A program made the position numbers and the translations under genes. This document shows, one piece after another, positions 1 to 9,920 of a stretch of 64,000 nucleotides of DNA (positions are counted from its first letter, which is position 1; every line of letters begins with the position of its first letter). This DNA comes from Gemmatimonadaceae bacterium. Lineage in GTDB: Bacteria > Gemmatimonadota > Gemmatimonadetes > Gemmatimonadales > Gemmatimonadaceae. Below the pieces are notes generated by a model. It was not told the DNA's origin. It searched no databases and worked only from the letters and a program-made list of their open reading frames with translations. The stretch spans positions 2,687-66,686 of the forward strand of contig DASZRI010000106.1 of the NCBI GenBank assembly GCA_035549215.1, read 5' to 3'.

Positions 1-248
1 AGGGGCGGGCGCTCACGCAGCCGCCGCGCCAGCTGGAACACGAGCGGCGCCAGGAGCCCGGCGCCCCACGCACCTGTCAGTTCCTCGATCAGCTTCTCGT
101 GGATCGGCTGCGTACCGCCGCGGGCCAGCACGTCCGTGTAGCGGTACATGAACTGCAGCGCGCCGAACGCCGTCCAGAAGGCGAAGCCGGCGGCCCAGCC
201 CCTCCAGCCCGAGAACAGCGCGAACTCGCGCGACCGACGTGCGCTCAT
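1..248 (-). CDS. Partial (N-terminal part only) membrane protein, possibly the N-terminus of a LytS/YehU-type sensor histidine kinase
   Basis: My own minus-strand translation from the ATG at 248 reads MSARRSREFALFSGWRGWAAGFAFWTAFGALQFMYRYTDVLARGGTQPIHEKLIEELTGAWGAGLLAPLVFQLARRLRERPP. It shows strong GC3 bias and hydrophobic segments. It runs off the window edge, so it is absent from the ORF track. Confidence 0.4.
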   Translation of the reverse strand, partial: MSARRSREFALFSGWRGWAAGFAFWTAFGALQFMYRYTDVLARGGTQPIHEKLIEELTGAWGAGLLAPLVFQLARRLRERPP

Positions 249-258
249 CGCCGGAAAG

Positions 259-2214
259 CTACCGCGAGCCCGTGGGCAGGGCGAACGCGATGATCGCGTC
301 TCCCGTCCCGAACTCCGAGCCGCCGCCCGCGGCAATCACCACGTACTGCCGGCCTCCCGCTTCGTACGTCATCGGCGTGGCACGCCCGCCAGCGGGCAGC
401 GCCCCGCGCCACAGCTCGCGGCCGGTTTCGGAGTCGAATGCGCGGATCGCGCGGTCGAGCGTCGCGGAGACGAAGATCAGCCCGCTCGCCGTCATCAGCG
501 GACCGCCCAGGCCGGGTGCGCCGGACGGATGCGGCATCGTGCCACCGGCCGGCGTCGGCAGGTCGCCCAGCGGCACCTGCCACCTGATGACGCCGGTGCG
601 CAGGTCCACCGCGACCAGCTTGCCGAACGGCGGCGGCGTGCAGGGCAGCCGGTCGGCGCCGAGCACAAGCCGCCTCCGCATGATGTACGGCGTCCCGCGC
701 ATGCGCGTGTACTGGTATCCCATGCGGTCCGCCTGCTGCTGCGCCTCACGCGGATCGTACGTGTCGGCCGGGATGAGCTGCACCTCGGCCGCAATCGTAT
801 TCACGGGCACCACGGCCAGCCCGCGCACCGTGTCCGCTGCCACGCCGCCCCACGCGGCCCCGCCGATGTTCGACGGGACCTGCAGGGTGCCCTGCTCGCT
901 GGGCGGCGTGAACGGTCCCTCGTTGCGCAGCCCCGCGACCATCGCCCGGCATGCAGCGCGCGCCGCCGGTGTCGCGCCCCACGCGCTGTCCGGCGAGAAC
1001 GTGTTCGCGACGAGCGGCGGCGTCAGTGCCGTGAACGGCTGCGTGGGCGAGGCCACCTCGCCGGGAATGTCGCTGGCCGGAACGGGGCGCTCCTCCACCG
1101 GGAACACCGGCGCGCCGGTCTCGCGATTCAGCACGAACAGCATCCCGGTCTTGGTCGCCTGCAGCACCACGGGAACCGGCTTGCCGTCGCGCATCACCGT
1201 GCTCAGCGCCGGCGGCGACGCATTGTCGTAGTCCCACAGGTCGTGGTGCACCGTCTGGAAGCTCCACACCACCGTGCCGGTGGATGCGCGGAGCGCCGTG
1301 ATCGAGTTCGCGTAGCGATTGTCGCCCAGCCGCAGCGCGCCGTAGTAGTCCGGCGCGGGGCTCCCCGTGGGCACGAACACCAGGTCCCGCGCGGAGTCCA
1401 CCACGATGACGCTCCACGCGTTTGCCGCCCCGGTGCGCGTCGCCGAGCTGTCATGCCAGGTGCGCGCGGCCGGATCGCGTGCATCCTGCGGAATCGGGTC
1501 CCACGACCAGCGCAGCGCGCCGGTGCGCGCATCAAAGGCACGAATTTCGCCGCTGGCCGGCGCGACGGACCCGTTGTCGGCAATGCCGGACCCCACGACG
1601 ACGAGCCCGTTGATCACGGCCGGTGGCGACGTCTCCTCGTACGCCGAATACCACTGCGGCGCCACGCGCAGCCCCACGCGCAGGTCCACGGTGCCGCGGT
1701 CGCCGAACGCCAGGCAGGGATTGCCGGTGGCGGCATCGAGCGCGATGAGGCGCGCATCGATCGTCGCGATGTAGATCGCGCGCGCGCACGGCGCACCGCG
1801 TCGCGCGGCGGGATCCGCCCAGGTCGCAGCACCGCGATTCGCGAAGTCGCCGTACCCCGCCTGCGGATCGATGTGCGGGTCGAACCGCCACCGCTGCGCA
1901 CCAGTCGCCGGGTCGAGCGCGATCACGCGGCCGAGCGGCGTGGTCACGTACATCGTGCCGTCCACCACGAGCGGCGTTGTTTCGAGCGCGGGCTGGGCGC
2001 CGTCCGTGACTCGCACGCCCGATTCGCCGGTGTGGTACGTCCAGGCTACGGCCAGCTTGCCCACGTTCTGCGGCGTGACCTGCGTGAGCGGAGAGAACCG
2101 GCTGCCGCCGGCGTCGTGGCCGTACGCCGGCCAGTCCGACGCCCGCGGCGCCTGCGCTGCGACATTGGCGGACATGAAGACGGCGATTGAGGCAGCCACG
2201 CGGATCGTGTGCAT
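259..2214 (-). CDS. PQQ-dependent (quinoprotein) dehydrogenase, secreted
   Basis: ORF 259..2286 trimmed to the internal Met at 2214, which precedes a signal-peptide-like MHTIRVAASIAVFMSANVAAQA. DWPAYGHDAGGSRFSPL and repeated beta-propeller W motifs are typical of soluble quinoprotein dehydrogenases. Confidence 0.8.
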   Translation of the reverse strand: MHTIRVAASIAVFMSANVAAQAPRASDWPAYGHDAGGSRFSPLTQVTPQNVGKLAVAWTYHTGESGVRVTDGAQPALETTPLVVDGTMYVTTPLGRVIALDPATGAQRWRFDPHIDPQAGYGDFANRGAATWADPAARRGAPCARAIYIATIDARLIALDAATGNPCLAFGDRGTVDLRVGLRVAPQWYSAYEETSPPAVINGLVVVGSGIADNGSVAPASGEIRAFDARTGALRWSWDPIPQDARDPAARTWHDSSATRTGAANAWSVIVVDSARDLVFVPTGSPAPDYYGALRLGDNRYANSITALRASTGTVVWSFQTVHHDLWDYDNASPPALSTVMRDGKPVPVVLQATKTGMLFVLNRETGAPVFPVEERPVPASDIPGEVASPTQPFTALTPPLVANTFSPDSAWGATPAARAACRAMVAGLRNEGPFTPPSEQGTLQVPSNIGGAAWGGVAADTVRGLAVVPVNTIAAEVQLIPADTYDPREAQQQADRMGYQYTRMRGTPYIMRRRLVLGADRLPCTPPPFGKLVAVDLRTGVIRWQVPLGDLPTPAGGTMPHPSGAPGLGGPLMTASGLIFVSATLDRAIRAFDSETGRELWRGALPAGGRATPMTYEAGGRQYVVIAAGGGSEFGTGDAIIAFALPTGSR

Positions 2215-2488
2215 CGGTGTTCTCGTGTCAGGTGACGGCGGCATGATGTCGTGTCCGCCCGCGCGCCGCCAACACGGCTGGGACATGCGGGATTGACGCG
2301 GGACGAGCGGGATTCATTGCCGGCCGGGCACGCCCCCCCGCACGCGCGCGATCCGCCGGCTCTGGCTGCCGCCGCATTCGCAGCGCATTGTTGTGCCAGC
2401 ATCCCCACGCGTGCGCTGCGTCGCCGTCGTGCGCTCGCAGTACGCCCCGCGCGCCGCCCCACCCTCACCGCCCCCGTTCGGAGTTCGC

Positions 2489-3784
2489 ATGAAGCGCCGC
2501 CACTTCCTCGCCACCACTGCCGGCGCTGCCGGTGCCCTTGCTCTCGGCTGCACGCCATCGGCGTCGGGCAGCAGCCCCGCAGCCGCGCCCGAACCGGAGC
2601 ACGACGCATCGCTGCCGGCCGTCATCCGCGCCCTCAAGCCGCTCACTCCCGCCGTCACGCCGATCTCCGTGCAGGAACGGCTCGGCCGCATCGAGAAGGC
2701 ACGGCGCCTGATGGTGGAGAACAACCTCGACGCCATCTTCATGGAGGGCGGCAGCAGCCTCTTCTACTACACGGGCGTGCGCTGGGGACTGAGCGAGCGC
2801 CCGTTCGGCGTCGTCATCCCGGCGCGCGGAGAGATGGCCTGGATCAGCCCCGGCTTCGAGGAAGCCCGCGCCCGCGAGCTGATCAGCTTCGGCGACGACG
2901 TCCGCGTGTGGCAGGAAGACGAGAGCCCGTACGCGCTCATCGCCAGCATCCTGCGCGACCGCGGCATTGCCACGGGACAGCTCGGCATCGAGGAGCGTGT
3001 GCGCTTCTTCATCGCGGACGGCATCCGCGAGGCCGCGCCGCAGCTCTCGCTGCACGGCGCGGTGCCGGTCACCGCCGGGTGCCGCATGTTCAAGTCGCCC
3101 GCCGAGATCGCGCTCATGCAGCGCGCCAACGACATCACCATCGCGGCGTACAAGGCGGCGTGGGGCACCATGTACGACGGCATGCCGCAACACGAGTTCG
3201 AGCGGAACATCTCGGCCGCATTCACCGCGCTCGGCGCCGGCGGCGCCGTGTTCGCGCAGTTCGGCAAGTACACGGCGTTCCCGCACGGCAGCGCCACGCC
3301 GCAGGTGCTCCGCGAGGGCGACATGGTGCTCGTGGATGACGGCGTCAGCGTCGAGGGCTACCAGTCCGACATCACGCGCACCGGGGTGTTCGGCAAGCCG
3401 ACCCAGCGCCAGCGCGACATCTGGGAGCTCGAGCGCCATGCGCAGGACGCCGCGTTCCGCGCCGCGCAGGTCGGCGCCACGTGCGAGTCCGTCGACGCCG
3501 CCGCGCGCAAGGTGATCACCGACGCCGGGTTCGGGCCCGGCTACAAGGTGCCCGGCCTTCCGCATCGCACCGGACACGGCATCGGCGTGGACGGCCACGA
3601 GTGGACGAACCTCGTCAAGGGAAACAAGACGCGCATCCAGCCGGGCATGTGCTTCAGCAACGAGCCCACCATCGCCATCTACGGCGAGTTCGGCGTCCGC
3701 CTCGAGGACTGCATGTACATCACCGAGGACGGCCCCCGGTTCTTCACGCAGCAGGCACCGTCCATCGACCACCTGTTCGCCTGA
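2489..3784 (+). CDS. M24 family Xaa-Pro aminopeptidase/dipeptidase with a Tat-type signal
   Basis: ORF 2393..3784 trimmed to MKRRHFLATTAGAAGALALGC (twin-Arg plus a lipobox-like LGC). The creatinase/prolidase N-domain and M24 metal-ligand context are present (HGSATP..., DDGVSVEGYQSDITRT, HRTGHGIG, SNEP, RLED). Confidence 0.85.
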   Translation: MKRRHFLATTAGAAGALALGCTPSASGSSPAAAPEPEHDASLPAVIRALKPLTPAVTPISVQERLGRIEKARRLMVENNLDAIFMEGGSSLFYYTGVRWGLSERPFGVVIPARGEMAWISPGFEEARARELISFGDDVRVWQEDESPYALIASILRDRGIATGQLGIEERVRFFIADGIREAAPQLSLHGAVPVTAGCRMFKSPAEIALMQRANDITIAAYKAAWGTMYDGMPQHEFERNISAAFTALGAGGAVFAQFGKYTAFPHGSATPQVLREGDMVLVDDGVSVEGYQSDITRTGVFGKPTQRQRDIWELERHAQDAAFRAAQVGATCESVDAAARKVITDAGFGPGYKVPGLPHRTGHGIGVDGHEWTNLVKGNKTRIQPGMCFSNEPTIAIYGEFGVRLEDCMYITEDGPRFFTQQAPSIDHLFA

Positions 3785-3945
3785 GCAGCGTCCGCGGCGT
3801 CGCGCGTGGCCCCGGGACGACCGGTCGTCCCGGGGCCGTCGCACGTCAGGGATCAGGGTCAGCCTGTTCCGGATTCCGGGGCGGCGCTATGTTGTCTCCC
3901 CTGCCACAGCAGTCCCACGGCCACCCTTCCCGGGGAATCCCTCCC

Positions 3946-4620
3946 ATGTCTCGTGCCCGAGTCGTTTGCCATGCCATCTCCCTTGCTGCCTGTGCGCTGG
4001 CCGTGATGCCCGGCGCTGCGGCCGCCCAGGGGCAGTTCGAAGGCATCATCACCTTCAAGACGGCGGCCGGCGGCGGCCCCGAGCAGAACGTCCAGTACTC
4101 GGTCAAGGGCACCAAGATCCGCATGGACATGACGGTCGGCCCGGGCATGCAGGTCTATTCGCTGTTCGACGGCGACACGAAGACCATGGACATGGTGCTC
4201 CCGCAGCGGAACATGTACATGGAGCAGTCCGTGGACGCGGCCCAGGCGCAGCAGAACGCCGCGCCGCAGAAGAAGGCCGACATCCAGTGGACGGGCAAGA
4301 AGGAAACCATCGCCGGCTACGAGTGCGAGCACGCGACGATCACCGATGACACCGGCGGCCAGACTGACGTGTGCATCGCCAAGGGCCTCGGCACCTTCAT
4401 GAGCATGGGCCGCGGCGGCATGGGCGGCATGCGCCGCGGCGGCCCGCCGCAGGGCGGCGGCTGGGAGAGCCACGTCCAGGGTGGCTTCCCGCTCAAGGTG
4501 CAGAAGGGCGGCGACGTGATCATGGAAGTCACCAGCATCGAGAAGAAGTCGCTCGACGCCTCGCTCTTCACGATCCCCAGCGGCTTCCAGAAGATGGGCA
4601 TGCCGATGGGCCGTCCCTGA
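3946..4620 (+). CDS. Secreted hypothetical protein (DUF4412-like)
   Basis: The in-frame ATG at 3946 gives MSRARVVCHAISLAACALAVMPGAAAAQGQFEGIITFK... (signal peptide). The upstream part of ORF 3481..4620 overlaps the M24 gene and is Arg-rich junk. Confidence 0.6.
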   Translation: MSRARVVCHAISLAACALAVMPGAAAAQGQFEGIITFKTAAGGGPEQNVQYSVKGTKIRMDMTVGPGMQVYSLFDGDTKTMDMVLPQRNMYMEQSVDAAQAQQNAAPQKKADIQWTGKKETIAGYECEHATITDDTGGQTDVCIAKGLGTFMSMGRGGMGGMRRGGPPQGGGWESHVQGGFPLKVQKGGDVIMEVTSIEKKSLDASLFTIPSGFQKMGMPMGRP

Positions 4621-4635
4621 TCCCGGAGCCCCGAG

Positions 4636-5526
4636 ATGCCGCTTCGCATTCATCCACGCCTTGCCGCCGCCCTCCTGGCGGCGGCCCTCCTCACCCCGCT
4701 GCGTGCCGACGCACAGCTGGGCGGCCTCCTCAAGAAGGCCAAGGACAAGGTCGAGCAGAAGCAGCAGGAGAACTCGAGCGCGCGCCCCTCTGACGCGTTC
4801 GGTCCTGCGCTCACCGAGGAATCCCTCCCCGCGGTGCTCAAGGGACTCGCGGTCACGAACGACCTGCTCACGCAGCGTGACGGCATCCAGAAGCAGCGCG
4901 ACGCCGTCAACCAGCGCCGCAGCACGCTGCTCTCGGCGCACGAGGCCGAGCGCGACGCGTGGGAACGCGCGCAGGACGCGACGTCGAGCTGCATCAGCAC
5001 CGTGCTCGAGAAGGTCAACCAGAAGCACCAGGCCGAAATGCAGGCCAGGCTCCCTGCGCTGATGGCCGACCAGGCGAAGTTCCAGGCGTTCCAGCAGGCC
5101 AACATGAAGATGTCGCAGGAACTCATGGCGGCCCAGGCCAAGCACGACACGGCCGGCATCAACGCGATCATGTCGCGCTTCTACAAGGACCAGTTCGGCA
5201 TCGACGTCAAGGCGGACAGCGCATCGGCGCAGTCGCAGTGCGGCAAGCTGGCGCCCAAGCCCGCGTGGATGATCCAGGTCGAGGCGCAGTCCGACACGGT
5301 GGACAAGCTCGATACGCAGATGCGTGACCTCGAGTCGCGCGCCGAGGCGCAGGGCGCGGTGGCCAGTGGCATGGACGCCGTGAAGTTCGCCATGGCACGC
5401 GAGCGCCTCGTGAACTGGCTCGACGGACGGAAGCGCGGCCACTACGTGCAGCAGTTCTCCAGTGACGAGATCAAGCTGTTCGAGCGGCACCAGGCCGAGA
5501 TCGAGAAGGTCTCACGGGCCTTGTAG
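4636..5526 (+). CDS. Secreted hypothetical protein, Gln/Ala/Lys-rich and probably coiled-coil
   Basis: ORF with signal peptide MPLRIHPRLAAALLAAALLTPLRADAQ. Codon bias is coding-like. I recognise no family. Confidence 0.55.
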   Translation: MPLRIHPRLAAALLAAALLTPLRADAQLGGLLKKAKDKVEQKQQENSSARPSDAFGPALTEESLPAVLKGLAVTNDLLTQRDGIQKQRDAVNQRRSTLLSAHEAERDAWERAQDATSSCISTVLEKVNQKHQAEMQARLPALMADQAKFQAFQQANMKMSQELMAAQAKHDTAGINAIMSRFYKDQFGIDVKADSASAQSQCGKLAPKPAWMIQVEAQSDTVDKLDTQMRDLESRAEAQGAVASGMDAVKFAMARERLVNWLDGRKRGHYVQQFSSDEIKLFERHQAEIEKVSRAL

Positions 5527-6461
5527 TGCGCGCTCGCGCCCTCGCCTGCACCGCCATCCTCCTGGGCGCCGGGTCACTCGGCGCCCAGGTCGTTTCACGC
5601 CCGGCCCGGGCGGCGCTCGCGCCATCGCATCTCGCCGTGCGCGACAACGGCACCTGGCACACATGGTGGCGGTCCGACCGCGCGCCGGTGGCGTGGAACG
5701 AGCCCGCCTTCGACCTCGCGGCGCACGTCGCGTGGCGCGCCGCCGGGCCCGCGGTGCAGTGGGGAGAGATGGAGCTCGCCGGCAGCGGCGAGGCCTGGCG
5801 CACGCGCGTGATCGTCGCGCGCATCGACCCGCGCCGCGCGCGACTCACGCTCGACACGGCGTTCGCGGACGGCCGTGCGGCCTGGTCCATCGAGCGCGCG
5901 CCCGCCACCGCGCGCATGGCCGTGAACGCGGGACAGTTCGCGCTCAGCATGCCATGGGGACTGGTGGTGCTCGGCGGGCACCGCTACCTGCCGCAGGGCT
6001 ACGGCCCGCTCTCGTCTGCCGTGCTCGTGGGCGCAGACGGCGCCGTGCACTGGATCGCCGGCGACACCGCACTGCGCAGCATCACGTTCCCGGTTGCGTA
6101 CGCGTTCCAGTCGTATCCCACGCTGCTCGCGCACGACTCCGTCCCGCCGGCGCTGCGAGCGCCGGGCGCGGGCGTTGACCTCGCCCACCGCGACGCGCGG
6201 CTGGCGCTCGGGCGCATGCGCGACGGCCGCCTGGTCATCGCGCTCACGCGCTTCGACGCCGCGGGCGGTGCGCTGGGCTTCGTGCCCTTCGGCCTCACGA
6301 TCCCGGAAATGGCGGCGGTCATGGGCGCCCTTGGCGCACGCGACGCCGTCGCGCTGGACGGCGGCATCTCCGCACAGCTCCTCGTGCGCGACGACGAGGG
6401 CGCGCACGCGTGGCCCGGCGTGCGCAAGGTGCCGCTCGCGCTCCTCGTGTTCGACCGCTGA
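5526..6461 (+). CDS. Phosphodiester glycosidase family protein (DUF2233-like)
   Basis: A GTG start overlaps the upstream TAG. Signal peptide MRARALACTAILLGAGSLGAQ. NAGQFA...PWGLVV and ALDGGISAQL motifs resemble uncovering-enzyme-like phosphodiester glycosidases. Confidence 0.6.
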   Translation: MRARALACTAILLGAGSLGAQVVSRPARAALAPSHLAVRDNGTWHTWWRSDRAPVAWNEPAFDLAAHVAWRAAGPAVQWGEMELAGSGEAWRTRVIVARIDPRRARLTLDTAFADGRAAWSIERAPATARMAVNAGQFALSMPWGLVVLGGHRYLPQGYGPLSSAVLVGADGAVHWIAGDTALRSITFPVAYAFQSYPTLLAHDSVPPALRAPGAGVDLAHRDARLALGRMRDGRLVIALTRFDAAGGALGFVPFGLTIPEMAAVMGALGARDAVALDGGISAQLLVRDDEGAHAWPGVRKVPLALLVFDR

Positions 6462-6467
6462 CGCCGC

Positions 6468-7829
6468 TCAGTACTTGAGCAGGTAGCTGTCCAGCTCCCA
6501 GCGGCTCACCTGCGTGATGTACTCGCGCCACTCCTGCCGCTTGGCCGCCAGGAAGTGCTGCGTCACGTGCTCGCCAAGCGCCGCCGTGATGACGTCGTTC
6601 TTCTCGAGCTCGTCGCACGCCTCGCTCAGGTTGTACGGCAGGTCGTCGATGCGCAGGCGCCGACGCTCGCGGTGCGACATCTCCCAGATGTTCTCGTTCA
6701 CCGGCTCGCGCCAGTCCGCCCTGGTCTCGATGCCGTCCAGCCCGGCCGCGAGCATCACCGCGACCGCCAGGTACGGATTCGCCGCGGGATCCGGCACGCG
6801 ATGCTCGACGCGCGTCCCCGTCCCGCGCCGCTCCGGGATGCGCAGCATCGGCGAGCGGTTGCGCATGGACCACGCCACGTTCACCGGCGCCTCGAACCCC
6901 GGCACCAGCCGCTTGTACGAGTTCACCAGCGGGTTGGTGATCGCCGTGTAGCCGCGCGCGTGCTTCAGCAGCCCGCCGATGTAGTGCAGCGCCACCTTCG
7001 ACAGCTCCCACTGCTCGCCCGGCGCGTAGAACGCGTTCTCCTTGCCGCGGAACAGCGACTGGTGCGTGTGCATCCCGCTGCCGTTCTGCCCGAACACCGG
7101 CTTGGGCATGAACGACGCGAACAGCCCGAACTTCTCCGCGACGTACTTCACGACGAAGCGGAAGGTCGCGATGTTGTCCGCCGTCGTCAGCGCGTCCGCG
7201 TAGCGGAAGTCGATCTCGTGCTGCCCGTGCGCCACCTCGTGGTGCGCCGCCTCCACCTCGAAGCCCATCTGCTCGAGCGTGTCCACGATCGCGCGACGCG
7301 CATCCTCGCCCAGGTCCACCGGCGCCAGGTCGAAGTAGCCGCCCACGTCGTTGGTCTGCGTCGTCGCCTCGCCCGCCGCCGTGCGCTTGAACATGAAGAA
7401 CTCGGCTTCCATCCCCGCGTTCATCGTGTAGCCCATGGCCGACGCGCGGGCGAGCTGCCGCTTCAACACCCCGCGCGGGTCGCCCGGGAACGGCGTCCCG
7501 TCCGGCAGGTTGATGTCGCAGATCACGCGGCACACCCGGCTCTCCGGGTCGCCCCACGGGAAGATCACGAATGTCTTCAGGTCGGGCGCGAGCAGCATGT
7601 CGGACTCCTCGATGCGCACGAACCCCTCGATCGAGGACCCGTCGAACATGATGTCGCCGTTCAGCGCCTTCTCGAACTGCGACGCCGGCACCTCGACGTT
7701 CTTGTTCACCCCCTGGATGTCGGTGAACTGCAGGCGCATGAAGCGCACCTTCATGCGGTCGGCCAGGTCCAGGATGTCGCGAATGCTGGCGCCCGAGACG
7801 TCGGGCGTGAGGGAGCGGGAGTGCGGCAT
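6468..7829 (-). CDS. glnA: Glutamine synthetase, type I
   Basis: ORF 6468..7877. Beta-grasp VRFMRLQFTDIQGVNKNVEVP..MFDGSSIEGF and catalytic-domain motifs are present (EVAHGQHEIDFRY, NGSGMHTHQSL, SYKRLVPGFEAP, NRSPMLRIP). The start is either Met at 7829 or Met at 7877. Confidence 0.92.
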   Translation of the reverse strand: MPHSRSLTPDVSGASIRDILDLADRMKVRFMRLQFTDIQGVNKNVEVPASQFEKALNGDIMFDGSSIEGFVRIEESDMLLAPDLKTFVIFPWGDPESRVCRVICDINLPDGTPFPGDPRGVLKRQLARASAMGYTMNAGMEAEFFMFKRTAAGEATTQTNDVGGYFDLAPVDLGEDARRAIVDTLEQMGFEVEAAHHEVAHGQHEIDFRYADALTTADNIATFRFVVKYVAEKFGLFASFMPKPVFGQNGSGMHTHQSLFRGKENAFYAPGEQWELSKVALHYIGGLLKHARGYTAITNPLVNSYKRLVPGFEAPVNVAWSMRNRSPMLRIPERRGTGTRVEHRVPDPAANPYLAVAVMLAAGLDGIETRADWREPVNENIWEMSHRERRRLRIDDLPYNLSEACDELEKNDVITAALGEHVTQHFLAAKRQEWREYITQVSRWELDSYLLKY

Positions 7830-7921
7830 GGCTTGAAGCTCCCCACCCCATCCGGGAATGTCAAAGGGGTGTGGCACCGCCGAGGCTGCCCACCGCCCTC
7901 GCGGCTGCTAGGTTTCCCTGC

Positions 7922-8725
7922 ATGACCGAGTCCTCCTCAGCCGCGACCTGTCCGCGTTGCGGCGCCTCGACCGCTGCGTCGGGGAAGTTCTGTTCGAGCT
8001 GCGGCGCGCCGCTTGCCGGTGCCGCCTGCGCCTCCTGCCGGACGCCACTCTCGCCGGGCGCGAAGTTCTGCCACCGCTGCGGCACGGCCGTCGGCGCAAC
8101 CGCACCGGCGTCCGAAGGATCGGGCAATGCGCTCCCGTGGGCGGTGGCCGCCATCGCGCTGCTCGCCCTCGTGGCCCTCATCGCCGGCCAGCGCTTCAGC
8201 CGCTCGTCGGCGTCCCAGGCGGCCGACGCGTCCCAGGGCGACGCCTCGCAGGCCGTCGCCCCCTTTGCCGGCGGCGCCAACGGCAACGTCCGCGCCCCTG
8301 ACATCAGCCAGATGACGCCCGACCAGCGCGCCGAACGGCTGTACGACCGCATGATGGGCGCCTTCGAGCGCGGCCAGATGGACACCGTCCGCATGTTCGC
8401 CCCGATGGCCACCGAGGCGTACCAGATGCTCGACTCGCTCACCCTCGACCAGCGCTACGACCTGGGCCGGCTGGGCGAGATCTCCGGCGACATGACGCTC
8501 GCCGCCGCCGAGGCGGACACGATCCTCAAGAAGGATCCGACCCACCTGCTCGGCCTCATCCTCGCGTCGCACGTTGCGCGCGCCCGCAACGACACGCAGG
8601 CGCAGCGCCGCTATCTCGACGCACTCCTCAAGGCGGAACCCGCCGAGCGGGCCAGGCAGCGCCCGGAATACCTGCTGCACCAGAACGACATCACGGAAGC
8701 GCTCGTCCAGGCGCGCCAGAAGTAA
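7922..8725 (+). CDS. Double zinc-ribbon membrane protein with a TPR-like C-terminal domain
   Basis: MTESSSAATCPRCGASTAASGKFCSSCGAPLAGAACASCRTPLSPGAKFCHRCG contains four CxxC pairs. It is followed by a TM helix (ALPWAVAAIALLALVALIAG). Confidence 0.7.
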   Translation: MTESSSAATCPRCGASTAASGKFCSSCGAPLAGAACASCRTPLSPGAKFCHRCGTAVGATAPASEGSGNALPWAVAAIALLALVALIAGQRFSRSSASQAADASQGDASQAVAPFAGGANGNVRAPDISQMTPDQRAERLYDRMMGAFERGQMDTVRMFAPMATEAYQMLDSLTLDQRYDLGRLGEISGDMTLAAAEADTILKKDPTHLLGLILASHVARARNDTQAQRRYLDALLKAEPAERARQRPEYLLHQNDITEALVQARQK

Positions 8726-8747
8726 CCGCTCCCTTCACGATTCGGAC

Positions 8748-9584
8748 ATGACCCGCACCATTCACGTTGCCCACAGCCCGGACTCCGACGACGCGTTCAT
8801 GTTCTACGCGCTCGCCGCGGGCAAGATCGATACGGAAGGCCTCACGTACGTGCACGAGCTGCAGGACATCGAGACGCTCAACCAGCGCGCGCTGCGCGGC
8901 GAGCTCGAGGTCACGGCGGTGTCCATCCATGCGTACGCATACCTGGCCGACACCTACGCCCTGCTCCCGCACGGCGCGTCCATCGGCGACCGCTACGGCC
9001 CGCGCCTCGTGGCGCGCACGCCGATGACGCGCGACGACCTGCGCGGCAAGCGCATCGCCATTCCCGGATTCAAGACCAGCGCCTACCTCACGTTGCGGCT
9101 CTACCAGCCGGACTTCGAGCCCATCCCCACGCACTTCGACCAGATCGAGGACGCCGTGGTGGACGGCAAGGCAGACGTGGGCCTCCTGATTCACGAGGGC
9201 CAGCTCACCTTCGGCGACAAGGGGCTGCACCTCATCGAGGACCTTGGCGAATGGTGGTTCCAGGACACCGGGCTCCCGCTCCCTCTGGGCGGCAACGTCG
9301 TCCGAAAGGACCTCGGCACCGATCTGACAAAGAAGATTTCGCGCCACTTACGCGACAGCATCGCGTATGGACTGCAGCACCGTCAGGCGGCGCTCGACCA
9401 CTCCATGCAGTATGCCCGCGGACTCGACCGGTCCCGGGCCGACACCTTCGTCGGGATGTACGTGAACGACTGGACCCTGGATTACGGCGAGCGTGGACGT
9501 CAGGCCGTGCGCCTGCTCCTGGAGCGCGGGTTCAAGGCCGGCTTCATTCCGCACGAGGTCAACGTGGAGTTCATCGACGACTGA
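8748..9584 (+). CDS. MqnA/MqnD/SBP-family protein (MqnD-like, futalosine-pathway type fold)
   Basis: MTRTIHVAHSPDSDDAFMFYALAAGKID... matches the N-terminal signature of 1,4-dihydroxy-6-naphthoate synthase-like proteins. ORF 8574..9584 was trimmed to the ATG at 8748. Confidence 0.65.
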   Translation: MTRTIHVAHSPDSDDAFMFYALAAGKIDTEGLTYVHELQDIETLNQRALRGELEVTAVSIHAYAYLADTYALLPHGASIGDRYGPRLVARTPMTRDDLRGKRIAIPGFKTSAYLTLRLYQPDFEPIPTHFDQIEDAVVDGKADVGLLIHEGQLTFGDKGLHLIEDLGEWWFQDTGLPLPLGGNVVRKDLGTDLTKKISRHLRDSIAYGLQHRQAALDHSMQYARGLDRSRADTFVGMYVNDWTLDYGERGRQAVRLLLERGFKAGFIPHEVNVEFIDD

Positions 9585-9628
9585 CGCTGGCGGGTGCGGG
9601 AACCTCCTGCCCGTCCTGTGTACTTCAG

Positions 9629-9660
9629 ACGCGCGCGCCGGCAGCAGCTGGCGCGCGCGT
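9629..9660 (+). terminator. GC-rich hairpin downstream of the MqnD-like gene (weak terminator candidate)
   Basis: An 11 bp perfect stem, ACGCGCGCGCC / GGCGCGCGCGT, with a 10 nt loop. No clear U-tract follows. Confidence 0.3.
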
Positions 9661-9920
9661 TGCGTATCCGGGGAGCGCTGTGGCATGGCCTGATGCGCCG
9701 CAGGCGCGGGCGTGCGTCGCGCAATGCATGCAGCCGCCGCGGCGGAGTGCTTGACGGATGACGGCCGCCATTGTACTAGGGAGTTGTCGGCGCGCGAGTC
9801 ATCTTGCGCGACGCTCCGCAGCAGGCTCCGTCCGCTCGACGGCCGTGCGCGCGGACTGAATGCGATATCACGACACTGCACAATGCGGGACCACTCAATC
9901 CCTACTTGAGGAGGCGGGCA

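Noticed and set aside
148-2190. A 680 aa plus-strand ORF, together with 239..1231 and others, overlapping the PQQ dehydrogenase gene
   Set aside because: The translation is dominated by Arg/Ala/Gly/Pro/His with no recognisable domains. Long stop-free antisense frames are expected at about 70% GC, and the opposite strand encodes a clear quinoprotein.
7875-7895. A sigma-54-like element (TGGCAC-N8-GC) in the glnA / zinc-ribbon divergent spacer
   Set aside because: Only the GG and GC dinucleotides and TGGCAC match. The -12 region reads AGGC rather than TTGC, and the element points away from glnA. This is too weak to call.
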